Source: Azolla caroliniana (Eukaryota > Plantae > Polypodiophyta). Taken from it: DNA of 64,000 nt. Positions 26,550 to 38,800 of this stretch are shown here, piece after piece. Where the stretch lies: contig JBHGNT010000038.1 in NCBI GenBank assembly GCA_043228905.1, forward strand, positions 62,001 to 126,000, given 5' to 3'. Position 1 is the first letter of the stretch; each line of letters opens with the position of its first letter. The notes under the pieces were generated by a model, which saw only the letters and a program-made list of their open reading frames with translations, had not been told where the DNA came from and searched no databases. The position numbers and the translations under genes were made by a program.

Positions 26550-29400
26550 GAGAGACATGACGAAATTTCCAAATTTCAGGAGGGAGTTGAGAAGAGCTAG
26601 TAGGTAAATTATAATGTTCATACCTGGTTCGTGTGATATCGGATTTTTTTGTTCAAACATTCGAATCGAAGCTAACAACGCTAGCTATGATATGGAATTA
26701 CAAAATCAAGATTTTGAAACTCCAGTCGAGAGACATGATGAAATTACCAAATTTGAGGAGTGACGTTGGAAGAGCGCGTGAGTGAATTAAAATGTTCATA
26801 CCTGGCTCGTGTGATATCGGATTTTTGTGTTCAAACATGCAAATCGAAGCTAACAACGCTAGCTATGATATGGAATAAAAAAAACAAGATTTTGAAACTC
26901 AGGTCAAGAGACATGACGAAATTAGCAAATTTGAGGAGTGAGTTGAGAGGAGCCCTTGAGTAAAGTAAAATGTTCATACCTAGCGAGTGTGATATCGGCT
27001 TTTTGTGTACAAACATGCGAATCGAAGCTAACAACGCTAGCTATGATATGGAATTAAAAAATCAAGACTTTGAAACTCAGGTCAAGAGACATGACGAAAT
27101 TACTAAATTTGAGGAGGGAGTTGAGAGGGGCCCTTGAGTAAATTAAAATGGTCATACCTAGCTCGTGTGATATCGGATTTTTGTGTTCAAACATGCGAAT
27201 CGAAGCTAACAACGCTAGCTACGACATGGAATAAAAAAAAACAAGATTTTGAAACTCAGGTCAAGAGACATGACGAAATTAGCAAATTTGAGGAGTCAGT
27301 TGAGAGGAGCCCTTGAGTAAATTAAAATGTTCATACATAGCGAGTGTGATATCGGATTTTTGTGTACAAACATGCGAATCGAAGCTAACAACGCTAGCTA
27401 TGATATGGAATTAAAAAATCAAGATTTTGAAACTCAGGTCGAGAGACATGACGAAATTACCAAATTTGAGGAGGGGGTTGAGAGGGGCCCTTGAGTAAAT
27501 TAAAATGTTCATACCTAGCTCGTGTGATATCGGATTTTTGTGTTCAAACATGCGAATCGAAGCTAAGAACGCTAGCTATGATATGGAATAAAAAAAACAA
27601 GATTTTGAAACTCAGGTCGAGAGACATGACGAAATTACCAAATTTGAGGAGTGAGTTGAGAGGAGCCCTTGAGTAAATTAAAATGGTCATACCTAGCGAG
27701 TGTGATATCGGATTTTTGTGTACAAACATGCGAATCGAAGCTAACAACGCTAGCTATGATATGGAATTACAAAATCAAGATTTTGAAACTCAGGTCGAGA
27801 GACATGACGAAATTACCAAATTTGAGGAGGGAGTTGAGAGGGGCCCTTGAGTAAATTAAAATGTTCATACCTAGCGAGTGTGATATCGGATTTTTGTGTT
27901 CAAACATGCGAATCGAAGCTAACAATGCTAGCTATGATATGGAATTAAAAAATCAAGATTTTGAAACTCAGGTCGAGAGACATGACAAAATTTCCAAATT
28001 TCAGGAGGGAGTTGAGAAGAGCTAGTAGGTAAATTATAATGTTCATACCTGGTTCGTGTGATATCGGATTTTTGTGTTCAAACATGCGAATCGAAGCTAA
28101 TAACGCTAGCTATGATATGGAATTAAAAAATCAAGATTTTGCAACTCAAGTCGAGAGACATGAAGAAATTACCAAATTTGAGGAGTGAGGTTGGAAGAGC
28201 GCGTGAGTGAATTAAAATGTTCATACCTGGCTCGTGTGATATCGGATTTTTGTGTTCAAACATGCGAATCGAAGCTAACAACGCTAGCTATCATATGGAA
28301 TAAAAAAAACAAGATTTTGAAACTCAGGTCAAGAGACATGACGAAATTAGCAAATTTGAGGAGTGAGTTGAGAGGAGCCCTTGAGTAAATTAAAATGTTC
28401 ATACCTAGCGAGTGTGATATCGGCTTTTTGTGTACAAACATGCGAATCGAAGCTAACAATGCTAGCTATGATATGGAATTAAAAAATCAAGACTTTGAAA
28501 CTTACGTCGAGAGATATGACGAAATTAGCAAATTTGAGGAGTGAGTTGAGAGGAGCCCTTGAGTAAATTAAAATGGTCATACCTAGCGAGTGTGATATCG
28601 GATTTTTGTGTACAAACATGCGAATCGAAGCTAACAACGCTAGCTATGATATGGAATTACAAAATGAAGATTTTGAAACTCAGGTCGAGAGACATGACGA
28701 AATTACCAAATTTGAGGAGGGAGTTGAGAGGGGCCCTTGAGTAAATTAAAATGTTCATACCTAGCGAGTGTGATATCGGATTTTTGTGTTCAAACATGCG
28801 AATCGAAGCTAACAATGCTAGCTATGATATGGAATTAAAAAATCAAGATTTTGAAACTCAGGTCGAGAGATATGACGAAATTTCCAAATTTCAGGAGGGA
28901 GTTGAGAAGAGCTAGTAGGTAAATTATAATGTTCATACCTGGTTCGTGTGATATCGGATTTTTGTGTTCAAACATGCGAATCGAAGCTAATAACGCTAGC
29001 TATGATATGGAATTAAAAAATCAAGATTTTGCAACTCAAGTCAAGAGACATGACGAAATTACCAAATTTGAGGAGTGAGTTGAGAGGAGCCCTTGAGTAA
29101 ATTAAAATGGTCATACCTAGCGAGTGTGATATCGGATTTTTGTGTACAAACATGCGAATCGAAGCTAACAACGCTAGCTATGATATGGAATTAAAAAATC
29201 AAGATTTTGAAACTTACGTCGAGAGATATGACGAAATTAGCAAATTTGAGGAGTGAGTTGAGATGAGCCCTTGAGTAAATTAAAATGGTCATACCTAGCG
29301 AGTGTGATATCGGATTTTTGTGTTCAAACATGCGAATCTAAGCTAACAACGCTAGCTATGATATGGAATTAAAAAATCAAGATTTTGAAACTCAGGTCGA
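26550..29400 (+). repeat. Copy 2 of the 15330-18000 block, with one extra monomer
   Basis: Same private markers as copy 1. The offset rises from 63 to 64 monomers within the block. Confidence 0.8.
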
Positions 29401-31125
29401 GAGACATGACGAAATTACCAAATTTGAGGAGCGAGTTAAGAAGAGCTATTAGGTACATTACAATGTTCATACCTGGCTCGTGTGATATCGGTTTTTTGTG
29501 TTCAAACATGCGAATCGAAGCTAACAATGCTAGCTATGATATGGAATTAAAAAATCAAGATTTTGAAACTCAGGTCGAGAGACATGAAGAAATTACCAAA
29601 TTTGAGGAGGGAGTTAAGAAGAGCTATTAGGTAAATTACAATGTTCATACCTGGCTCGTGTGATATCGGATTTTTGTGTTCAAACATGCGAATCGAAGCT
29701 AATAACGCTAGGTATGATATAGAATTAAAAAATCAAGATTTTGAAACTCAGGTCGAGAGACATGACGAAATTACCAAATTTGAGGAGTGAGTTAAGAAGA
29801 GCTATTAGGTAAATTATAATGTTCATACCTGGCTCGTGTGATATCGGATTTCTGTGTTTAAACATGCGAATCGAAGCTAATAACGCTAGCTATGATATGG
29901 AATTAAAAAATCAATATTTTGAAACTCAGGTCGAGAGACATGACGAAATTAGCAAATTTGAGGAGTGAGTTGAGATGAGCCCTTGAGTAAATTAAAAAGT
30001 TCATACATAGCGAGTGTGATATCGGATTTTTGTGTACAAACATTAGAATCGAAGCTAACAACGCTAGCTATGATATGGAATTAAAAAATCAAGATTTTGA
30101 AACTTACGTCGAGAGATATGACGAAATTAGCAAATTTGAGGAGTGAGTTGAGAGGAGCCCTTGAGTAAATTAAAATGGTCATACCTAGCGAGTGTGATAT
30201 CGGATTTTTGTGTACAAACATGCGAATCGAAGCTAACAACGCTAGCTATGATATGGAATTACAAAATGAAGATTTTGAAACTCAGGTCGAGAGACATGAC
30301 GAAATTACCAAATTTGAGGAGGGAGTTGAGAGGGGCCCTTGAGTAAATTAAAATGTTCATACCTAGCGAGTGTGATATCGGATTTTTGTGTTCAAACATG
30401 CGAATCGAAGCTAACAATGCTAGCTATGATATGGAATTAAAAAATCAAGATTTTGAAACTCAGGTCGAGAGATATGACGAAATTTCCAAATTTCAGGAGG
30501 GAGTTGAGAAGAGCTAGTAGGTAAATTATAATGTTCATACCTGGTTCGTGTGATATCGGATTTTTGTGTTCAAACATGCGAATCGAAGCTAATAACGCTA
30601 GCTATGATATGGAATTAAAAAATCAAGATTTTGCAACTCAAGTCAAGAGACATGACGAAATTACCAAATTTGAGGAGTGAGTTGAGAGGAGCCCTTGAGT
30701 AAATTAAAATGGTCATACCTAGCGAGTGTGATATCGGATTTTTGTGTACAAACATGCGAATCGAAGCTAACAACGCTAGCTATGATATGGAATTAAAAAA
30801 TCAAGATTTTGAAACTTACGTCGAGAGATATGACGAAATTAGCAAATTTGAGGAGTGAGTTGAGATGAGCCCTTGAGTAAATTAAAATGGTCATACCTAG
30901 CGAGTGTGATATCGGATTTTTGTGTTCAAACATGCGAATCTAAGCTAACAACGCTAGCTATGATATGGAATTAAAAAATCAAGATTTTGAAACTCAGGTC
31001 GAGAGACATGACGAAATTACCAAATTTGAGGAGCGAGTTAAGAAGAGCTATTAGGTACATTACAATGTTCATACCTGGCTCGTGTGATATCGGTTTTTTG
31101 TGTTCAAACATGCGAATCGAAGCTA
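28500..31125 (+). repeat. Duplication with 9-monomer (1602 bp) offset
   Basis: ORFs at 28559/30161. Variants appear in the same order: TACAAAATGAAG, GAGATATGACGAAATTTCC, CTTACGTC..GATGAGCCC, GAATCTAAG, GGAGCGAG. Confidence 0.8.
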
Positions 31126-32624
31126 ACAACGCTAGCTATGATATGGAATAAAAAAAACAAGATTTTGAAACTCAGGTCAAGAGACATGACGAAATTAGCA
31201 AATTTGAGGAGTGAGTTGAGAGGAGCCCTTGAGTAAAGTAAAATGTTCATATCTAGCGAGTGTGATATCGGCTTTTTGTGTACAAACATGCGAATCGAAG
31301 CTAACAACGCTAGCTATGATATGGAATTAAAAAATCAAGACTTTGAAACTCAGGTCAAGAGACATGACGAAATTACTAAATTTGAGGAGGGAGTTGAGAG
31401 GGGCCCTTGAGTAAATTAAAATGGTCATACCTAGCTCGTGTGATATCGGATTTTTGTGTTCAAACATGCGAATCGAAGCTAACAACGCTAGCTACGACCT
31501 GGAATAAAAAAAAACAAGATTTTGAAACTCAGGTCAAGAGACATGACGAAATTAGCAAATTTGAGGAGTGAGTTGAGAGGAGCCCTTGAGTAAATTAAAA
31601 TGGTCATACCTAGAGAGTGTGATATCGGATTTTTGTGTACAAACATGCGAATCGAAGCTAACAACGCTAGCTATGATATGGAATTAAAAAATCAAGACTT
31701 TGAAACTCAGGTCAAGAGACATCACGAAATTACTAAATTTGAGGAGGGAGTTGAAAGGGGCCCTTGAGTAAATTAAAATGGTCATACCTAGCTCGTGTGA
31801 TATCGGATTTTTGTGTTCAAACATGCGAATCGAAGCTAACAACGCTAGCTACGACATGGAATAAAAAAAAACAAGATTTTGAAACTCAGGTCAAGAGACA
31901 TGACGAAATTAGCAAATTTGAGGAGTGAGTTGAGAGGAGCCCTTGAGTAAATTAAAATGTTCATACATAGCGAGTGTGATATCGGATTTTTGTGTACAAA
32001 CATGCGAATCGAAGCTAACAACGCTAGCTATGATATGGAATTAAAAAATCAAGATTTTGAAACTCAGGTCGAGAGACATGACGAAATTACCAAATTTGAG
32101 GAGGGGGTTGAGAGGGGCCCTTGAGTAAATTAAAATGTTCATACCTAGCTCGTGTGATATCGGATTTTTGTGTTCAAACATGCGAATCGAAGCTAAGAAC
32201 GCTAGCTATGATATGGAATAAAAAAAACAAGATTTTGAAACTCAGGTCGAGAGACATGACGAAATTACCAAATTTGAGGAGTGAGTTGAGAGGAGCCCTT
32301 GAGTAAATTAAAATGGTCATACCTAGCGAGTGTGATATCGGATTTTTGTGTACAAACATGCGAATCGAAGCTAACAACGCTAGCTATGACATGGAATTAA
32401 AAAATCAAGATTTTGAAACTCAGGTCGAGAGACATGACGAAATTACCAAATTTGAGGAGGGGGTTGAGAGGGGCCCTTGAGTAAATTAAAATGTTCATAC
32501 CTAGCTCGTGTGATATCGGATTTTTGTGTTCAAACATGCGAATCGAAGCTAACAACGCTAGCTATGATATGGAATTAAAAAAAACAAGATTTTGAAACTC
32601 AGGTCAAGAGACATGACGAAATTA

Positions 32625-32672
32625 GCAAATTTGAGGAGTGAGTTGAGAGCAAATTTGAGGAGTGAGTTGAGA
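32625..32672 (+). repeat. 24-bp internal tandem duplication within one monomer (GCAAATTTGAGGAGTGAGTTGAGA x2)
   Basis: Directly visible in the sequence. The minus-strand ORF 32558..32758 shows LNSLLKFA twice, and the array phase shifts by 24 bp downstream. Confidence 0.97.
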
Positions 32673-35600
32673 TGAGCCCTTGAGTAAATTAAAATGTTCA
32701 TACATAGCGAGTGTGATATCGGATTTTTGTGTACAAACATGCGAATCGAAGCTAACAACGCTAGCTATGATATGGAATTAAAAAATCAAGATTTTGAAAC
32801 TTACGTCGAGAGATATGACGAAATTAGCAAATTTGAGGAGTGAGTTGAGAGGAGCCCTTGAGTAAATTAAAATGGTCATACCTAGCGAGTGTGATATCGG
32901 ATTTTTGTGTTCAAACTTGCGAATCTAAGCTAACAACGCTAGCTATGATATGGAATTAAAAAATCAAGATTTTGAAACTCAGGTCGAGAGACATGACGAA
33001 ATTACCAAATTTGAGGAGCGAGTTAAGAAGAGCTATTAGGTACATTACAATGTTCATACCTGGCTCGTGTGATATCGGTTTTTTGTGTTCAAACATGCGA
33101 ATCGAAGCTAACAATGCTAGCTATGATATGGAATTAAAAAATCAAGATTTTGAAACTCAGGTCGAGAGACATGAAGAAATTACCAAATTTGAGGAGGGAG
33201 TTAAGAAGAGCTATTAGGTAAATTACAATGTTCATACCTGGCTCGTGTGATATCGGATTTTTGTGTTCAAACATTGGAATCGAAGCTAATAACGCTAGGT
33301 ATGATATAGAATTAAAAAATCAAGATTTTGAAACTCAGGTCGAGAGACATGACGAAATTACCAAATTTGAGGAGTGAGTTAAGAAGAGCTATTAGGTAAA
33401 TTATAATGTTCATACCTGGCTCGTGTGATATCGGATTTCTGTGTTTAAACATGCGAATCGAAGCTAATAACGCTAGCTATGATATGGAATTAAAAAATCA
33501 ATATTTTGAAACTCAGGTCGAGAGACATGACGAAATTACCAAATTTGAGGAGTGAGTTGAGAGGAGCCCTTGAGTAAATTAAAATGGTCATACCTAGCGA
33601 GTGTGATATCGGATTTTTGTGTACAAACATGCGAATCGAAGCTAACAACGCTAGCTATGATATGGAATTAAAAAATCAACATTTTGAAACTCAGGTCGAG
33701 AGACATGACGAAATTACCAAATTTGAGGAGGGGGTTGAGAGGGGCCCTTGAGTAAATTAAAATGTTCATACCTAGCTCGTGTGATATCGGATTTTTGTGT
33801 TCAAACATGCGAATCGAAGCTAACAACGCTAGCTATGATATGGAGTAAAAAAAACAAGTTTTTGAAACTCAGGTCGAGAGACATGACGAAATTACCAAAT
33901 TTGAGGAGTGAGTTGAGAGGAGCCCTTGAGTAAATTAAAATGGTCATACCTAGCGATTGTGATATCGGATTTTTGTGTACAAACATGCGAATCGAAGCTA
34001 ACAACGCTAGCTATGATATAGAATTAAAAAATCAAGACTTTGAAACTTACGTCGAGAGATATGACGAAATTAGCAAATTTGAGGAGTGAGTTGAGAGGAG
34101 CCCTTGAGTAAATTAAAATGGTCATACCTAGCAAGTGTGATATCGGATTTTTGTGTTCAAACTTGCGAATCTAAGCTAACAACGCTAGCTATGATATGGA
34201 ATTAAAAAATCAAGATTTTGAAACTCAGGTCGAGAGACATGACGAAATTACCAAATTTGAGGAGCGAGTTAAGAAGAGCTATTAGGTACATTACAATGTT
34301 CATACCTGGCTCGTGTGATATCGGTTTTTTGTGTTCAAACATGCGAATCGAAGCTAACAACGCTAGCTATGATATGGAATTAAAAAATCAAGATTTTGAA
34401 ACTCAGGTCGAGAGACATGACAAAATTTCCAAATTTCAGGAGGGAGTTGAGAAGAGCTAGTAGGTAAATTATAATGTTCATACCTGGTTCGTGTGATATC
34501 GGATTTTTGTGTTCAAACATGCGAATCGAAGCTAATAACGCTAGCTATGATATGGAATTAAAAAATCAAGATTTTGCAACTCAAGTCGAGAGACATGAAG
34601 AAATTACCAAATTTGAGGAGTGAGGTTGGAAGAGCGCGTGAGTGAATTAAAATGTTCATACCTGGCTCGTGTGATATCGGATTTTTGTGTTCAAACATGC
34701 GAATCGAAGCTAACAACGCTAGCTATGATATGGAATAAAAAAAACAAGATTTTGAAACTCAGGTCAAGAGACATGACGAAATTAGCAAATTTGAGGAGTG
34801 AGTTGAGAGGAGCCCTTGAGTAAATTAAAATGGTCATACCTAGAGAGTGTGATATCGGATTTTTGTGTACAAACATGCGAATCGAAGCTAACAACGCTAG
34901 CTATGATATGGAATTAAAAAATCAAGACTTTAAACTCAGGTCAAGAGACATGACGAAATTACTAAATTTGAGGAGGGAGTTGAAAGGGGCCCTTGAGTAA
35001 ATTAAAATGGTCATACCTAGCTCGTGTGATATCGGATTTTTGTGTTCAAACATGCGAATCGAAGCTAACAACGCTAGCTACGACATGGAATAAAAAAAAA
35101 CAAGATTTTGAAACTCAGGTCAAGAGACATGACGAAATTAGCAAATTTGAGGAGTGAGTTGAGAGGAGCCCTTGAGTAAATTAAAATGTTCATACATAGC
35201 GAGTGTGATATCGGATTTTTGTGTACAAACATGCGAATCGAAGCTAACAACGCTAGCTATGATATGGAATTAAAAAATCAAGATTTTGAAACTCAGGTCG
35301 AGAGACATGACGAAATTACCAAATTTCAGGAGGGGGTTGAGAGGGGCCCTTGAGTAAATTAAAATGTTCATACCTAGCTCGTGTGATATCGGATTTTTGT
35401 GTTCAAACATGCGAATCGAAGCTAAGAACGCTAGCTATGATATGGAATAAAAAAAACAAGATTTTGAAACTCAGGTCGAGAGACATGACGAAATTACCAA
35501 ATTTGAGGAGTGAGTTGAGAGGAGCCCTTGAGTAAATTAAAATGGTCATACCTAGCGAGTGTGATATCGGATTTTTGTGTACAAACATGCGAATCGAAGC

Positions 35601-35899
35601 TAACAACGCTAGCTATGATATGGAATTACAAAATCAAGATTTTGAAACTCAGGTCGAGAGACATGACGAAATTACCAAATTTGAGGAGGGAGTTGAGAGG
35701 GGCCCTTGAGTAAATTAAAATGTTCATACCTAGCGAGTGTGATATCGTATTTTTGTGTTCAAACATGCAAATCGAAGCTAACAATGCTAGCTATGATATG
35801 GAATTAAAAAATCAAGATTTTGAAACTCAGGTCGAGAGACATGACAAAATTTCCAAATTTCAGGAGGGAGTTGAGAAGAGCTAGTAGGTAAATTATAAT

Positions 35900-38800
35900 G
35901 TTCATACCTGGTTCGTGTGATATCGGATTTTTGTGTTCAAACATGCGAATCGAAGCTAATAACGCTAGCTATGATATGGAATTAAAAAATCAAGATTTTG
36001 CAACTCAAGTCGAGAGACATGAAGAAATTACCAAATTTGAGGAGTGAGGTTGGAAGAGCGCGTGAGTGAATTAAAATGTTCATACCTGGCTCGTGTGATA
36101 TCGGATTTTTGTGTTCAAACATGCGAATCGAAGCTAACAACGCTAGCTATGATATGGAATAAAAAAAACAAGATTTTGAAACTCAGGTCAAGAGACATGA
36201 CGAAATTAGCAAATTTGAGGAGTGAGTTGAGAGGAGCCCTTGAGTAAATTAAAATGTTCATACCTAGCGAGTGTGATATCGGCTTTTTGTGTACAAACAT
36301 GCGAATCGAAGCTAACAACGCTAGCTATGATATAGAATTAAAAAATCAAGACTTTGAAACTTACGTCGAGAGATATGACGAAATTAGCAAATTTGAGGAG
36401 TGAGTTGAGAGGAGCCCTTGAGTAAATTAAAATGGTCATACCTAGCGAGTGTGATATCGGATTTTTGTGTACAAACATGCGAATCGAAGCTAACAACGCT
36501 AGCTATGATATGGAATTACAAAATGAAGATTTTGAAACTCAGGTCGAGAGACATGACGAAATTACCAAATTTGAGGAGGGAGTTGAGAGGGGCCCTTGAG
36601 TAAATTAAAATGTTCATACCTAGCGAGTGTGATATCGGATTTTTGTGTTCAAACATGCGAATCGAAGCTAACAATGCTAGCTATGATATGGAATTAAAAA
36701 ATCAAGATTTTGAAACTCAGGTCGAGAGATATGACGAAATTTCCAAATTTCAGGAGGGAGTTGAGAAGAGCTAGTAGGTAAATTATAATGTTCATACCTG
36801 GTTCGTGTGATATCGGATTTTTGTGTTCAAACATGCGAATCGAAGCTAATAACGCTAGCTATGATATGGAATTAAAAAATCAAGATTTTGCAACTCAAGT
36901 CAAGAGACATGACGAAATTACCAAATTTGAGGAGTGAGTTGAGAGGAGCCCTTGAGTAAATTAAAATGGTCATACCTAGCGAGTGTGATATCGGATTTTT
37001 GTGTACAAACATGCGAATCGAAGCTAACAACGCTAGCTATGATATGGAATTAAAAAATCAAGATTTTGAAACTCAGGTCGAGAGACATGACGAAATTAGC
37101 AAATTTGAGGAGTGAGTTGAGAGGAGCCCTTGAGTAAATTATAATGTTCATACCTGGTTCGTGTGATATCGGATTTTTGTGTTCAAACATGCGAATCGAA
37201 GCTAACAATGCTAGCTATGATATGGAATTAAAAAATCAAGATTTTGAAACTCAGGTCGAGAGACATGACGAAATTTCCAAATTTCAGGAGGGAGTTGAGA
37301 AGAGCTAGTAGGTAAATTATAATGTTCATACCTGGTTCGTGTGATATCGGATTTTTGTGTTCAAACATGCGAATCGAAGCTAAAAACGCTAGCTATGATA
37401 TGGAATTAAAAAATCAAGATTTTGAAACTCAGGTCGAGAGACATGACGAAATTACCAAATTTGAGGAGTGAGTTAAGAAGAGCTATTAGGTAAATTATAA
37501 TGTTCATACCTGGCTCGTGTGATATCGGATTTCTGTGTTCAAACATGCGAATCGAAGCTAATAACGCTAGCTATGATATGGAATTAAAAAATCAATATTT
37601 TGAAACTCAGGTCGAGAGACATGACGAAATTAGCAAATTTGAGGAGTGAGTTGAGATGAGCCCTTGAGTAAATTAAAATGTTCATACATAGCGAGTGTGA
37701 TATCGGATTTTTGTGTACAAACATGCGAATCGAAGCTAACAACGCTAGCTATGATATGGAATTAAAAAATCAAGATTTTGAAACTTACGTCGAGAGATAT
37801 GACGAAATTAGCAAATTTGAGGAGTGAGTTGAGAGGAGCCCTTGAGTAAATTAAAATGGTCATACCTAGCGAGTGTGATATCGGATTTTTGTGTTCAAAC
37901 TTGCGAATCTAAGCTAACAACGCTAGCTATGATATGGAATTAAAAAATCAAGATTTTGAAACTCAGGTCGAGAGACATGACGAAATTACCAAATTTGAGG
38001 AGCGAGTTAAGAAGAGCTATTAGGTACATTACAATGTTCATACCTGGCTCGTGTGATATCGGTTTTTTGTGTTCAAACATGCGAATCGAAGCTAACAATG
38101 CTAGCTATGATATGGAATTAAAAAATCAAGATTTTGAAACTCAGGTCGAGAGACATGAAGAAATTACCAAATTTGAGGAGGGAGTTAAGAAGAGCTATTA
38201 GGTAAATTACAATGTTCATACCTGGCTCGTGTGATATCGGATTTTTGTGTTCAAACATTGGAATCGAAGCTAATAACGCTAGGTATGATATAGAATTAAA
38301 AAATCAAGATTTTGAAACTCAGGTCGAGAGACATGACGAAATTTCCAAATTTCAGGAGGGAGTTGAGAAGAGCTAGTAGGTAAATTATAATGTTCATACC
38401 TGGTTCGTGTGATATCGGATTTTTGTGTTCAAACATGCGAATCGAAGCTAATAACGCTAGCTATGATATGGAATTAAAAAATCAAGATTTTGCAACTCAA
38501 GTCAAGAGACATGACGAAATTACCAAATTTGAGGAGTGAGTTGAGAGGAGCCCTTGAGTAAATTAAAATGGTCATACCTAGCGAGTGTGATATCGGATTT
38601 TTGTGTACAAACATGCGAATCGAAGCTAACAACGCTAGCTATGATATGGAATTAAAAAATCAAGATTTTGAAACTTACGTCGAGAGATATGACGAAATTA
38701 GCAAATTTGAGGAGTGAGTTGAGAGGAGCCCTTGAGTAAATTAAAATGGTCATACCTAGCGAGTGTGATATCGGATTTTTGTGTTCAAACTTGCGAATCT

